From the NCBI RefSeq assembly GCF_056746865.1, contig NZ_CM163382.1: a DNA stretch of 64,000 nt. One strand, 5' to 3'. Made by a program: the position numbers and the translations under genes. This document shows positions 12,109 through 23,484 of this stretch, one piece after another. The stretch's first letter is position 1; every line of letters begins with the position of its first letter. The notes under the pieces are model-generated. The model ran no database searches. It saw only the letters and a list, made by a program, of their open reading frames with translations, and was not told the origin of the DNA.

Positions 12109-12431
12109 TTTTTTGCACGCCCGTATTCAACGGCTTCTTTAAGGAGTTCATTTTCCATCGTTTTTTTGCCGAGCAGGCGCTGGAGTTCTTTAATCTGCTT
12201 CATGGCAGCAGCAAGTTCAGAGGCAGGAACGACCTGCTCTCCTGCGGCCACAGCAGTAAGACTTCCCTCCTGGTATTGCTTGCGCCAGAGAAATAACTGG
12301 CTGGCTGCCACACCGTGTTGCCGGGCAACAAGGGAGACCGTCATTCCCGGTTCAAAACTCTGCTGAACAATAGCGATCTTTTCCTGTGTAGTACGCCGTC
12401 TGCGTTTCTCCGGTCCTAAGACATCAATCAT
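12066..12431 (-). CDS. insC: IS2 OrfA (HTH protein)
   Basis: [25 protein letters not shown]...; 121 aa; overlaps insD as expected for the frameshift fusion. Confidence 0.9.
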
Positions 12432-12522
12432 CTGCTCTCCAATGACTAGTCTAAAAACTAGTATTAAGACTATCACTTATTTAAGTGATATTGGTTGTCT
12501 GGAGATTCAGGGGGCCAGTCTA

Positions 12523-13488
12523 ATTATAGGCACTTGCCATATGTAATATTGAGGTGTCAGGAGTTATTGCGATATAAGCATCTTTTATGATTGCTGCTGA
12601 ACGTTTAATCGAGGGTGATAAGGATAAACGGTAGACATTATTATAACAATCCACTAATACCCTGGCTTTATCTTCCCCTTTTGGTCCATGAACGATCACT
12701 ATTGGTATATCTGTTTCACTTTGAATTTTTGCTATTAGATTTTCTGCAATCGATAATGAAAATGTACGTTCCTGCGAGCTACCTTCTAAATTAAGCGCAA
12801 TGTAAGATCCTAACGATCGCATTTCCTCGCGCACCTCATCGAGTACATCCTCACTTAGTGGCAATTCATATATTGGCCTGACTGCTGGAAAACCCGCCTC
12901 ACGCATCATAAATGCCCATGTCATGGGTACAGGAGCCCGGAGATTCTGATCCATCCGGGACGCGTTCTTGCACAAAGGGGAGTAGCACTTCATGGTTAAA
13001 CCAACAACCTGAAAATTCGTTTTTGCTTTTAACTGACTGATAAATATCATCGTTTTCAGGTTCTTTTTACGCATCGCCTCTATACAAAGATCCGGCGTAC
13101 CGTATTGCTGTGTTATGTTCTTTGCTAAATCTTTTATTTCTTTTAATGTTGCGTGATCCTGCATAGTCATTGTGACTAATGTTAATTTAGTCTTTTCAAG
13201 TTTAAGTGCATTAAACACTTCTAAATTAATTGTCGACGTAACAATTAAAAGATGCTTAATTTTATGCAATTCAAGCGCCCGAATAACAGGAAAGATGGCC
13301 ATAGCATCGCCAATCTGGTCGGGAATATGGATAACAACAAACTCTGTTTTTTCAATATTAAAATTATAAGCTTTATAATCGTAGTAACTAAATGCAATAC
13401 GTCTCAACAATGATGCTAAAAACATACCTAACCTCGCCTCCCTACTGGTTATAATGCATTGCAGTCTATCAGACTCATCATGGCGCAA
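12523..13488 (-). pseudogene. yeeL: glycosyltransferase family 9 (heptosyltransferase-like) gene truncated at its 3' end by IS2
   Basis: ORF 12520..13488 runs into the IS2 end, which supplies the stop; remaining 3' codons continue in the same frame at 11037..11191. Confidence 0.7.
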
Positions 13489-13739
13489 TTTTGTGCATAT
13501 GCGGACTTTTATGTTTCATATCTCGAACCTGTGGGTCCTCTGCTTAATCCTTAAACAACACCAGCAACTCCTGCGCTTTCATCTTCCAGCGAATTTTTCA
13601 TGTTGCCGTTAATCGGCCATAAAATCATTTGCAGATGCGCTCTGTCGAGGTAGTCTCATAAGGTTCGTTTATAGATCGACGGCAATGTGAGTTACCTTTT
13701 CCATACTAATTATAAAAAGACAGTACAAACAGGATCATT

Positions 13740-15056
13740 ATGGACTCCACGCTCATCTCCACTCGTCCCGATGAAGGGACGCTTTCGTTAAGTCGCGCCC
13801 GACGAGCTGCGTTAGGCAGTTTCGCTGGTGCCGTCGTCGACTGGTATGATTTTTTACTCTATGGCATTACCGCCGCACTGGTGTTTAATCGCGAGTTTTT
13901 CCCGCAAGTAAGCCCGGCGATGGGAACGCTCGCCGCATTTGCCACCTTTGGCGTCGGATTCCTTTTCCGTCCGCTCGGCGGTGTCATTTTCGGTCACTTT
14001 GGCGACCGACTGGGACGTAAGCGCATGTTAATGCTGACCGTCTGGATGATGGGCATCGCGACAGCCTTGATTGGTATTCTTCCTTCCTTCTCGACCATTG
14101 GGTGGTGGGCACCTATTTTACTGGTGACGCTGCGTGCCATTCAGGGATTTGCCGTCGGCGGCGAATGGGGAGGCGCGGCGTTGCTTTCCGTTGAAAGTGC
14201 ACCGAAAAATAAAAAAGCCTTTTACAGTAGCGGTGTACAAGTTGGCTACGGTGTAGGTTTACTGCTTTCAACCGGACTGGTTTCATTGATCAGTATGATG
14301 ACGACTGACGAACAGTTTTTAAGCTGGGGCTGGCGCATTCCTTTCCTGTTTAGCATCGTACTGGTACTGGGAGCATTGTGGGTGCGCAATGGCATGGAGG
14401 AGTCCGCGGAATTTGAACAACAGCAACATTATCAAGCTGCCGCGAAAAAACGCATCCCGGTTATCGAAGCGCTGTTACGACATCCCGGTGCTTTCCTGAA
14501 GATTATTGCGCTACGACTGTGCGAATTGCTGACGATGTACATCGTTACTGCCTACGCACTTAATTATTCAACCCAGAATATGGGGTTACCGCGCGAACTT
14601 TTCCTCAATATTGGTTTGCTGGTAGGTGGATTAAGCTGCCTGACAATTCCCTGTTTTGCCTGGCTTGCCGATCGTTTTGGTCGCCGCAGGGTTTATATCA
14701 CAGGCGCGTTAATCGGAACGTTGAGCGCATTTCCTTTCTTTATGGCGCTTGAAGCACAATCTATTTTCTGGATAGTTTTCTTCTCCATAATGCTGGCAAA
14801 CATTGCGCATGACATGGTGGTGTGTGTGCAACAACCGATGTTTACCGAAATGTTTGGTGCCAGTTATCGCTATAGTGGCGTTGGAGTCGGTTATCAGGTT
14901 GCCAGTGTGGTTGGCGGTGGATTTACACCTTTTATTGCCGCTGCACTCATCACTTACTTTGCCGGGAACTGGCATAGCGTCGCCATTTATTTGCTGGCTG
15001 GATGCCTGATTTCCGCAATGACCGCTTTGTTGATGAAAGACAGTCAACGCGCTTGA
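13740..15056 (+). CDS. shiA: shikimate transporter (MFS)
   Basis: 438-aa 12-TM ORF with MFS sugar-transporter motifs (GxxxDRxGRR); synteny. Confidence 0.88.
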   Translation: MDSTLISTRPDEGTLSLSRARRAALGSFAGAVVDWYDFLLYGITAALVFNREFFPQVSPAMGTLAAFATFGVGFLFRPLGGVIFGHFGDRLGRKRMLMLTVWMMGIATALIGILPSFSTIGWWAPILLVTLRAIQGFAVGGEWGGAALLSVESAPKNKKAFYSSGVQVGYGVGLLLSTGLVSLISMMTTDEQFLSWGWRIPFLFSIVLVLGALWVRNGMEESAEFEQQQHYQAAAKKRIPVIEALLRHPGAFLKIIALRLCELLTMYIVTAYALNYSTQNMGLPRELFLNIGLLVGGLSCLTIPCFAWLADRFGRRRVYITGALIGTLSAFPFFMALEAQSIFWIVFFSIMLANIAHDMVVCVQQPMFTEMFGASYRYSGVGVGYQVASVVGGGFTPFIAAALITYFAGNWHSVAIYLLAGCLISAMTALLMKDSQRA

Positions 15057-15157
15057 TAGCCTGGCGAAGATCATCCGATCTTCGCCTTACACTTTTGTTT
15101 CACATTTCTGTGACATACTATCGGATGTGCGGTAATTGTATGGAACAGGAGACACAC

Positions 15158-16612
15158 ATGAATAATAAGGGCTCCGGTCTGACCCCAGCTCAGGCACTGG
15201 ATAAACTCGACGCGCTGTATGAGCAATCTGTAGTCGCATTACGCAACGCCATTGGCAACTATATTACAAGTGGCGAATTACCTGATGAAAACGCCCGCAA
15301 ACAAGGTCTTTTTGTCTATCCATCACTGACCGTAACCTGGGACGGTAGCACAACCAATCCCCCCAAAACGCGCGCATTTGGTCGCTTTACCCACGCAGGC
15401 AGCTACACCACCACGATTACTCGCCCTACTCTCTTTCGTTCGTATCTTAATGAACAACTTACGTTGCTGTATCAGGATTATGGTGCGCATATCTCAGTGC
15501 AACCCTCGCAGCATGAAATCCCTTATCCTTATGTCATCGATGGCTCTGAATTGACACTTGATCGCTCAATGAGCGCTGGGTTAACTCGCTACTTCCCGAC
15601 AACAGAACTGGCGCAAATTGGCGATGAAACTGCAGACGGCATTTATCATCCAACTGAATTCTCCCCGCTATCGCATTTTGATGCGCGCCGCGTCGATTTT
15701 TCCCTCGCACGGTTGCGCCATTATACCGGTACGCCAGTTGAACATTTTCAGCCGTTCGTCTTGTTTACCAACTACACACGTTATGTGGATGAATTCGTTC
15801 GTTGGGGATGCAGCCAGATCCTCGATCCTGATAGTCCCTACATTGCCCTTTCTTGTGCTGGCGGGAACTGGATCACCGCCGAAACCGAAGCGCCAGAAGA
15901 AGCCATTTCCGACCTTGCATGGAAAAAACATCAGATGCCAGCATGGCATTTAATTACCGCCGATGGTCAGGGTATTACTCTGGTGAATATTGGCGTGGGA
16001 CCATCCAATGCTAAAACCATCTGCGATCATCTGGCAGTGCTACGCCCGGATGTCTGGTTGATGATTGGTCACTGTGGCGGATTACGTGAAAGTCAGGCCA
16101 TTGGCGATTATGTACTTGCACACGCTTATTTACGCGATGACCACGTTCTTGATGCGGTTCTGCCGCCCGATATTCCTATTCCGAGCATTGCTGAAGTGCA
16201 ACGTGCGCTTTATGACGCCACCAAGCTGGTGAGTGGCAGGCCCGGTGAGGAAGTCAAACAGCGGCTACGTACAGGTACTGTGGTAACCACAGATGACAGG
16301 AACTGGGAATTACGTTACTCAGCTTCTGCACTTCGTTTTAACTTAAGCCGGGCCGTAGCAATTGATATGGAAAGTGCAACCATTGCCGCGCAAGGATATC
16401 GTTTCCGCGTGCCATACGGGACACTACTGTGTGTTTCAGATAAACCGTTGCATGGCGAGATTAAACTTCCCGGTCAGGCTAACCGTTTTTATGAAGGTGC
16501 TATTTCCGAACACCTGCAAATTGGCATTCGGGCGATCGATTTGCTGCGCGCAGAAGGCGACCGACTGCATTCGCGTAAATTACGAACCTTTAATGAGCCG
16601 CCGTTCCGATAA
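15158..16612 (+). CDS. amn: AMP nucleosidase
   Basis: ORF 15002..16612; start ATG 15158 (MNNKGSGLTPAQ) preceded by AGGAG; 484 aa. Confidence 0.9.
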   Translation: MNNKGSGLTPAQALDKLDALYEQSVVALRNAIGNYITSGELPDENARKQGLFVYPSLTVTWDGSTTNPPKTRAFGRFTHAGSYTTTITRPTLFRSYLNEQLTLLYQDYGAHISVQPSQHEIPYPYVIDGSELTLDRSMSAGLTRYFPTTELAQIGDETADGIYHPTEFSPLSHFDARRVDFSLARLRHYTGTPVEHFQPFVLFTNYTRYVDEFVRWGCSQILDPDSPYIALSCAGGNWITAETEAPEEAISDLAWKKHQMPAWHLITADGQGITLVNIGVGPSNAKTICDHLAVLRPDVWLMIGHCGGLRESQAIGDYVLAHAYLRDDHVLDAVLPPDIPIPSIAEVQRALYDATKLVSGRPGEEVKQRLRTGTVVTTDDRNWELRYSASALRFNLSRAVAIDMESATIAAQGYRFRVPYGTLLCVSDKPLHGEIKLPGQANRFYEGAISEHLQIGIRAIDLLRAEGDRLHSRKLRTFNEPPFR

Positions 16613-16954
16613 TAAGTTCTGAACCTTCTCATCAGAAATAGATGTGAAGGATTAAGTAAGACATCTGGCAAATAGCCTGCAATCAACGCGGGCTGTTTGC
16701 TTCCTTGGGCAGATGCGAGTTTCATTATCGTCTTAATGATTTCCGCATATTAAAAGCATGTATGCTTTCAAAATATAATTATAAAAAATCCCGCCAACAA
16801 CATTAGTTTTTATAAAACAAAATATAAGATTATGGCTTTAGAATATTTTTATTTCTAATAGACGAGATTTTTCCTGTTATGATATAATATGCTGATTTAA
16901 CACATGTTAACGATTTACCAGTAATGTAAATAAATTTTCGAGGAGATCATTCCA

Positions 16955-17671
16955 GTGGGACGTAAATGGGCCAATATTGTTGCTAAAAAAACGGCTAAAG
17001 ACGGTGCAACGTCTAAAATTTATGCAAAATTCGGTGTAGAAATCTATGCTGCTGCTAAACAAGGTGAACCCGATCCAGAATTAAACACATCTTTAAAATT
17101 CGTTATTGAACGTGCAAAGCAGGCACAAGTTCCAAAGCACGTTATTGATAAAGCAATTGATAAAGCCAAAGGCGGCGGAGATGAAACGTTCGTGCAGGGC
17201 CGTTATGAAGGCTTTGGTCCTAATGGCTCAATGATTATCGCCGAGACATTGACTTCAAATGTTAACCGTACGATTGCTAACGTTCGCACAATTTTCAATA
17301 AAAAAGGCGGCAATATCGGAGCGGCAGGTTCTGTCAGCTATATGTTTGACAATACGGGTGTGATTGTATTTAAAGGATCAGACCCTGACCATATTTTTGA
17401 AATTTTACTTGAAGCTGAAGTTGATGTTCGTGATGTGACTGAAGAAGAAGGTAACATTGCTATTTATACCGAACCTACTGACCTTCATAAAGGAATCGCG
17501 GCTCTAAAAGCAGCTGGAATCACTGAGTTCTCAACAACAGAATTAGAAATGATTGCGCAATCTGAAGTTGAGCTTTCCCCAGAAGATTTAGAAATCTTTG
17601 AAGGGCTTGTTGATGCCCTTGAAGATGACGACGATGTACAAAAAGTTTATCATAACGTCGCAAATCTCTAA
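16955..17671 (+). CDS. yeeN: YebC/PmpR-family transcriptional regulator
   Basis: 238-aa ORF with GTG start, [12 protein letters not shown]... typical of the YebC family. Confidence 0.85.
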   Translation: MGRKWANIVAKKTAKDGATSKIYAKFGVEIYAAAKQGEPDPELNTSLKFVIERAKQAQVPKHVIDKAIDKAKGGGDETFVQGRYEGFGPNGSMIIAETLTSNVNRTIANVRTIFNKKGGNIGAAGSVSYMFDNTGVIVFKGSDPDHIFEILLEAEVDVRDVTEEEGNIAIYTEPTDLHKGIAALKAAGITEFSTTELEMIAQSEVELSPEDLEIFEGLVDALEDDDDVQKVYHNVANL

Positions 17672-17680
17672 TTATATTTT

Positions 17681-17715
17681 AAAGAAATCTGTCTTTACGG
17701 CAGATTTCTTTAATC
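17681..17715 (+). terminator. probable terminator after yeeN
   Basis: 11-bp perfect stem AAAGAAATCTG / CAGATTTCTTT with 9-nt loop, T-rich tail. Confidence 0.5.
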
Positions 17716-18123
17716 TCATATAACCCTTATAAAAAATATAATGTTCAACTCGTCATATTGATTATAAAAAATCCCCGTTCCCAGAGAAATAATATTTATT
17801 AAAATTCCAGTTCTTCTTTTTCTGATTACAGAAGGCAAAGTGGCAATTACGCATAGTTTCCCGATAAAGACGCGATAGCGACATCCCGCATAAGGCATTT
17901 TTCTCTTTATCTTTGTACGGTACTTCATGGAACAGAGTTTTTGACCTTGCGAATCGTGATGTCTGTTGGGGGGCAACTTGCTCACTGAAGCGTGAGACTC
18001 GATTAAGCGCACGAAACACAGAAATCAAAAAAACCGGTCACTTTTTTACAAGGTAACCGGGTAAAAATAATTTTTATTTTTTAACTGTTTTGAGACTCAT
18101 AGAGATGTCTCAAAACTAAAATT

Positions 18124-18199
18124 TGGCTCCTCTGACTGGACTCGAACCAGTGACATACGGATTAACAGTCCGCCGTTCTACCGACTGAACTACAGAGGA
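18124..18199 (-). tRNA. asnW: tRNA-Asn (GUU)
   Basis: reverse complement identical to asnT. Confidence 0.95.
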
Positions 18200-18299
18200 A
18201 TCGTGAGAACGAGGCGAATATTAGCGATGCCCACCCACAATGTCAAAGCCTGTTTTTTAAATTTGAAATCGTTTGCTGAAATAATCTGCATTTTGTCGT

Positions 18300-19943
18300 T
18301 TATTCCGACACAACTGGCTTTTTTTCACACTTTTGCGGCTCGGGTCGAGGGTATTTCCATAGCCAACGTCCAGTAACCATTCGCCAGTAAAACAGCACGG
18401 CCCGCACAGCCCAGTCGGCAAACATTCCCATCCAGACACCAACCACACCCCAGCCAAGCATGATTCCCAGCACATAACCGACTACAACCCGACAACCCCA
18501 CATGCTCAACATCGAAACCCACATGGCGTAACGGGCATCACGAGCACCTTTAAATCCAGCGGGTAGCACCCATGAGGCGGACCAAATAGGCATAAATAAA
18601 GCATTTAGCCAAATCAGAATCACAACGACATGTTTAACCTGTGGATCCTGGGTGTAAAACGATGCCATAACCCCGGCAAAGGGAGCCGTTAGCCAGGCGA
18701 TGGCCGTTAATCCAAGAGTGGAAAGCCAGAACACATGCCGCAACTGAATCTCTGCTTGCGCTATCTGCCCTACCCCCAACCTTCGGCCTGTAATGATCGT
18801 AGAAGCAGAGCCGAGCGCACTTCCGGGTAAGTTGATAAGAGCCGCAATTGAAAACGCGATAAAATTTCCGGCAATAACACTGGTCCCCATCCCGGCAACG
18901 AACATTTGGGTTAATAACCGACCACTGGTAAATAACACTGATTCGACACTCGCGGGAATACCAATCCCCATGACTTCCCAGATAATGCTAAAATTCAGCG
19001 GTTTAAAATAGCTCTTTAACGAAATCCTTAGCGCAGGATTAAAACCAATCGCCAGCACCCACAAAATTGCAACTGCGCCAATATAACGAGAAATGGTTAA
19101 ACCCAGCCCTGCCCCGACAAATCCCAGTCCCGGCCAGGAGAAAAGGCCGTAAATCAATATGCCGCTAATAATAATATTAAGAATATTCAGGCTACCGTTA
19201 ATCAATAGCGGTATTTTCGTATTCCCTGCACCACGAAGTGCCCCGCTACCAATAAGAGTGATGGCAGCTGCTGGATAACTGAGTACCGTCAGCTCCAGAT
19301 AAGTCAACGCCAGTGCTTTAACTTCTGTCGTGGCATCACCCGCGACGAAATCAATAATTTGTTCGCCAAAATGATGAATAAGCGTTGCCAACAGTACGGC
19401 AAACAACGTCATGATCACCAATGACTGCCGCGTCGCCACCCTCGCTCGTCGTCGATCCCGCTTACCGAGACTAAATGCCACAACGACAGTAGTACCAAGA
19501 TCGATAGCAGCAAAAAAAGCCATAATGACCATATTGAAGCTGTCCGCCAATCCCACGCCGGCCATCGCATCTTTTCCCAGCCAGCTGACCAGAAAAGTGC
19601 TCAGAACCCCCATCAACAGGACACAGGCATTCTCCATGAAGATAGGAACAGCAAGCGGGGTTATCTCGCGCCAGAACAACACTTTGTAGCTCTTGCGTTT
19701 AGCGTGCCAGCGAGTGCCGTGAACAACCTGGCGTAAAGCAGAGGAGATATTCAAAGCCGACCTTAATTGCAGAAAGTGAAACCACATTTCAAATAATGAG
19801 GGAGAATCAGCAAAGCTGCAAAGATTTTCGCCAACAAATTGTCTGCAAATGCAACAAACTGTTGATAGAAACGGCAAACAGTTGGGGAATTTAAAAATCG
19901 GGTTTGACAAAAGATTTTTCGCCGTTAAGATGTGCCTCAACAA
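18300..19943 (-). CDS. yeeO: MATE-family efflux transporter
   Basis: 547-aa polytopic membrane ORF; true start may lie downstream of the ORF start. Confidence 0.8.
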   Translation of the reverse strand: MLRHILTAKNLLSNPIFKFPNCLPFLSTVCCICRQFVGENLCSFADSPSLFEMWFHFLQLRSALNISSALRQVVHGTRWHAKRKSYKVLFWREITPLAVPIFMENACVLLMGVLSTFLVSWLGKDAMAGVGLADSFNMVIMAFFAAIDLGTTVVVAFSLGKRDRRRARVATRQSLVIMTLFAVLLATLIHHFGEQIIDFVAGDATTEVKALALTYLELTVLSYPAAAITLIGSGALRGAGNTKIPLLINGSLNILNIIISGILIYGLFSWPGLGFVGAGLGLTISRYIGAVAILWVLAIGFNPALRISLKSYFKPLNFSIIWEVMGIGIPASVESVLFTSGRLLTQMFVAGMGTSVIAGNFIAFSIAALINLPGSALGSASTIITGRRLGVGQIAQAEIQLRHVFWLSTLGLTAIAWLTAPFAGVMASFYTQDPQVKHVVVILIWLNALFMPIWSASWVLPAGFKGARDARYAMWVSMLSMWGCRVVVGYVLGIMLGWGVVGVWMGMFADWAVRAVLFYWRMVTGRWLWKYPRPEPQKCEKKPVVSE

Positions 19944-19947
19944 CGAT

Positions 19948-20023
19948 TCCTCTGTAGTTCAGTCGGTAGAACGGCGGACTGTTAATCCGTATGTCACTGG
20001 TTCGAGTCCAGTCAGAGGAGCCA
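19948..20023 (+). tRNA. asnU: tRNA-Asn (GUU)
   Basis: identical to asnT; hairpin plus T-run follows at about 20030..20056. Confidence 0.95.
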
Positions 20024-20060
20024 AATTCCTGAAAAGCCCGCTTTTATAGCGGGATTTTTG

Positions 20061-21011
20061 CTATATCTGATAATCAATTTCCTCTTCACTGCTTTCCATC
20101 ACCTGCCGCTTGATATCCTCAACTGACAGTCCTGCATTACAAAGTTCCAGAAAGCGCCAGACATAGTTACGCTGAAGTTGTCCTCGCTTCAGTCCCAACC
20201 AGACAGTATTAGCATCAAAAAGATGCCGCGTATCCAGGCGGATTAAATTCTCTTCCTCTTGTTCGCCACTGGATTGCTCGGCAACTAATCCGATCCCAAG
20301 CCCAAGAGCAACATAGGTTTTAATGACATCAGAATCCTGCGCACTTAATACAATATCTGCCAGCAAACCTTTGCGGGCAAATGCGTCATCAATACGTGAG
20401 CGCCCCGTAATCCCCTGTCGGTAAGTGATTAACGGCCACTTCGCTATTGATTCCAGCGTCAATGGTGAAATTTGCGTCAAGGGATGATCGTGTGGAACAA
20501 GCAAACTATGGTGCCAACGAAACCACGGGAAGGCGACGAGCTGCGGGTCATTACTCAAACGCTCGCTGGCGATACCAATATCAGCTTCGCCATTTTGCAA
20601 CAATGTCGCAATTTCCTGTGGCGTCCCCTGGATTAGCTCGAGCCGAACCTCCGGGAAAAGTTCGCGAAAAGCTTTAATGACCTCTGGCAAGCTATAACGT
20701 GCCTGAGTATGCGTCGTTGCAATAGTGAGAACGCCAGACGTATCGTTGGTAAACAGGTCTGCAAGCCGACGAACATTACTGGCTTCATTCAGAATACGTT
20801 CTGCAATGACCAGTAATGCTTTGCCCGGTTCAGTCATGCCCAGCAGTCGCTTACCTCGTCGAACAAATATTTCGATGCCAAGTTCATCCTCCAGTTCCCG
20901 AATATGACGGCTGACGCCTGACTGTGAGGTAAAAAGCATATTCGCAACCTCTGTCAGGTTGTAATCCTGACGTGCAGCCTCGCGGATTATCTTTAGTTGT
21001 TGGAAATTCAC
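20061..21011 (-). CDS. cbl: LysR-type regulator Cbl
   Basis: 316-aa ORF; N-terminal LysR HTH (MNFQQLKIIREAARQ...). Confidence 0.88.
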   Translation of the reverse strand: MNFQQLKIIREAARQDYNLTEVANMLFTSQSGVSRHIRELEDELGIEIFVRRGKRLLGMTEPGKALLVIAERILNEASNVRRLADLFTNDTSGVLTIATTHTQARYSLPEVIKAFRELFPEVRLELIQGTPQEIATLLQNGEADIGIASERLSNDPQLVAFPWFRWHHSLLVPHDHPLTQISPLTLESIAKWPLITYRQGITGRSRIDDAFARKGLLADIVLSAQDSDVIKTYVALGLGIGLVAEQSSGEQEEENLIRLDTRHLFDANTVWLGLKRGQLQRNYVWRFLELCNAGLSVEDIKRQVMESSEEEIDYQI

Positions 21012-21112
21012 GGTAAACTCCGGGCAGTTCAGATTTCCCGTTATTGTTAAAGTCTAATGCCCGGCATAACAAATAATAAAAACCCGCATCTTATTCCATC
21101 CCGATATAACAC

Positions 21113-22030
21113 TTAGCTCACCAATTGCCACTGCCTTTTTTCCATCACTGGAGAACTAATCACTGACATTAACAACTCTTTCACTGCCTGTGCCTGTGGC
21201 GATAAGTTCGCTCTGGCGGGTAAATTTAATGACAAAGAGAGACTCATGGAAGGAGTGGTAATGCGTGACATCCACCCATTTACTGCGCCACATAACGAAC
21301 GCGCGGCCGATTCGGGTAATACTGCAACGCCCATGCCGCTGGCAATCGCTGCGGTAAGCGTGGCAATAGACTCAATTTCACCAATAACTTTTGCCGTGAG
21401 TCGCCGTAGGGAAAAAGCCTCATCAACACGAAGTCTAATAGCACTGTAATCACTGGGGAGAAAGAGGTTCATTTGCGCAATAGCATTCACATCAACGCTT
21501 TGCCCCGGGCAATCTTGAGTTCCTACCAGAAAAAGATCTTCTTTCAGCAAAGCCTGACTGGATACACCAGCCACAGGGGAATGCTCATAAATCACCGCCA
21601 TATCGAGTTGGTGATTTATCAATTTTTCGTTAAGCACTGCACCACTATTTTCATGAAGATAGATAACGATCTCCGGAAATTCAGCGCGAACCGCCTGTAA
21701 TAAGGGCATGGTGATGGATGACGCAGCGGTTCCTGGTGCAAAGCCAATCGAGACTTGCCCCGATAATGCCTGACCAACGTTATGCACCGCCAGTTGGGCC
21801 TGTTCACACTGACGTAAAATGGCCCGCGCATGGGTATAGAGAATTTTTCCGGCGTCTGTTGGTGTAACGCCCCGCTTTGTACGGATCAAAAGTTGTTGAT
21901 TTAACTCACCTTCCAGTGTGGCAACCTGCTGGCTGAGCGCTGGTTGTGCGATATGCAATACTTCAGCAGCCTGGGTCAGGCTACCAATATCTACAATTTT
22001 TACGAAGTATTTCAGGCGTCTGAAGTTCAT
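21113..22030 (-). CDS. nac: nitrogen assimilation control protein (LysR family)
   Basis: ORF 21113..22060; start at MNFRRLKYFVKIVDIGSLTQAAE (ATG 22030); 305 aa. Confidence 0.88.
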   Translation of the reverse strand: MNFRRLKYFVKIVDIGSLTQAAEVLHIAQPALSQQVATLEGELNQQLLIRTKRGVTPTDAGKILYTHARAILRQCEQAQLAVHNVGQALSGQVSIGFAPGTAASSITMPLLQAVRAEFPEIVIYLHENSGAVLNEKLINHQLDMAVIYEHSPVAGVSSQALLKEDLFLVGTQDCPGQSVDVNAIAQMNLFLPSDYSAIRLRVDEAFSLRRLTAKVIGEIESIATLTAAIASGMGVAVLPESAARSLCGAVNGWMSRITTPSMSLSLSLNLPARANLSPQAQAVKELLMSVISSPVMEKRQWQLVS

Positions 22031-22366
22031 GTTGCCTCCGGTTTTTAAGAATCGGCCCAAGTGCCGCCATTACTTACAACCAGATTGCAAGATGCTTGCC
22101 AGTTTTATTTTGGTGTTGATGTACAAGCTAACCAACTGTCAAATAAGAGATTATGATAGATTCGTCATTGGCTCTTTTTATCTGCAGTCGCATTCACCTG
22201 CCCTATAAAAGGAGGGTATGCACCACGATGGTTCATTACCCAATAAGATTGAAAGCTCACCACTTTGTTGAAATTGGCAGCAAACAAACAAAAAAATGCA
22301 TTTCACCCTTTGACATCACCATGCACTGCCATTAATATGCGCCCCGTTCACACGATTCCTCTGTAG

Positions 22367-22442
22367 TTCAGTCGGTAGAACGGCGGACTGTTAATCCGTA
22401 TGTCACTGGTTCGAGTCCAGTCAGAGGAGCCAAATTCAAAAA
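22367..22442 (+). tRNA. asnV: tRNA-Asn (GUU)
   Basis: identical to asnT, including the 24 bp upstream (TAATATGCGCCCCGTTCACACGAT). Confidence 0.95.
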
Positions 22443-22449
22443 AGCCTGC

Positions 22450-22478
22450 TTTCGAGCAGGCTTTTTACTTTCTAATTA
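22450..22478. terminator. bidirectional terminator between asnV and ldtA
   Basis: AAAAGCCTGCT-TTCG-AGCAGGCTTTT hairpin with flanking T/A runs. Confidence 0.6.
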
Positions 22479-22487
22479 TCAACGCTC

Positions 22488-23420
22488 TTAAAACATCTGT
22501 CTTGAACCAGAACTAATTTGCACAGGCATTCCCGATCGACGTTGCAACGCAGCATTTGCGCGATTTACATCAACTTCTTGCCCGTTGATAAACGCCCGCA
22601 AAGATGGGGTTACCGGCAATGGCACTTTTCGGTCAGACTCATATTCTGCACGATTGCGCGACAGCGGCTCATGAACTTCCAGCCACTTTGAACCATCCGG
22701 TTCCGTTGTGTATTTCACTGGCTGATCAATAATTTGTACACGAGTGCCTACAGGAACATTATCAAACAGATATTTGATATCGTCATTACGCAGACGAATA
22801 CAGCCCTGACTTACACGGAGCCCAATACCAAAATTGGCATTGGTACCGTGGATGGCATACAACCTGCCAATATAAATCGCGTACAGCCCCATGGGGTTAT
22901 CGGGCCCCGCAGGAACAAATGCGGGCAAACTCTCCCCTCGTTTCGCATATTCGCGCCGGGTGTTCGGCGTTGGCGTCCAGGTTGGTGCTTCTTGTTTACG
23001 TTCAACGGTAGTCACCCAGTTACGCGGGGTTTCTCGCCCAGCCTGGCCGATACCAATAGGAAAGACTTCCACTGTATTACTGTCTGGCGGATAGTAATAA
23101 AGACGCATTTCAGCGACGTTAACCACAATCCCTTTACGAACAGTGGCGGGCAAAATCAGTTGCTGCGGAATGGTGAGTTGTGAGCCAGGCTTCGGCAAAA
23201 AAACATCAGCGCCCGGATTCGCTTCCAGCATATTACTTAACCCTTGCCCGTATTGTGCGGCAAAAGTCTCCAGCGGCTGAGTATTGTGATCAGGAACAGT
23301 TACAGTAAGCGACTGCCCCACTAAACGGCTACCCTCTGGAGGTAATGGATAAGTTACCGCCAGGCTATTTTGGCTGGCAAAAAGCAGAGCAAATGAGCAA
23401 AAAATATTTACACGACGCAT
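22488..23420 (-). CDS. ldtA: L,D-transpeptidase (YkuD domain)
   Basis: ORF 22488..23423; signal peptide [21 protein letters not shown]; catalytic region with GCIRL motif. Confidence 0.85.
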   Translation of the reverse strand: MRRVNIFCSFALLFASQNSLAVTYPLPPEGSRLVGQSLTVTVPDHNTQPLETFAAQYGQGLSNMLEANPGADVFLPKPGSQLTIPQQLILPATVRKGIVVNVAEMRLYYYPPDSNTVEVFPIGIGQAGRETPRNWVTTVERKQEAPTWTPTPNTRREYAKRGESLPAFVPAGPDNPMGLYAIYIGRLYAIHGTNANFGIGLRVSQGCIRLRNDDIKYLFDNVPVGTRVQIIDQPVKYTTEPDGSKWLEVHEPLSRNRAEYESDRKVPLPVTPSLRAFINGQEVDVNRANAALQRRSGMPVQISSGSRQMF

Positions 23421-23484
23421 CATGTCCCTTTCCTAAGTCGCGAAAGCTATCCGTTAAGTATAGCTTTTATCAGACTTTTCGTTT

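Larger units (their letters stand above)
11192..12522 (-). mobile_element. IS2 (IS3 family), 1331 bp, flanked by 5-bp direct repeat ATTAT
   Basis: termini TGGATTTGCCCC... and ...GGGGCCAGTCTA; ATTAT at 11187..11191 and 12523..12527. Confidence 0.9.

Noticed and set aside
15618-15953. ORFs on both strands inside amn (15618..15953 plus, 15668..15949 minus)
   Set aside because: Nested within the AMP nucleosidase coding sequence; no independent evidence.
17716-18028. Two overlapping minus-strand ORFs in the AT-rich spacer between yeeN and asnW
   Set aside because: Low-complexity, AT-rich, no RBS or recognisable motif; more likely an intergenic region containing terminators.
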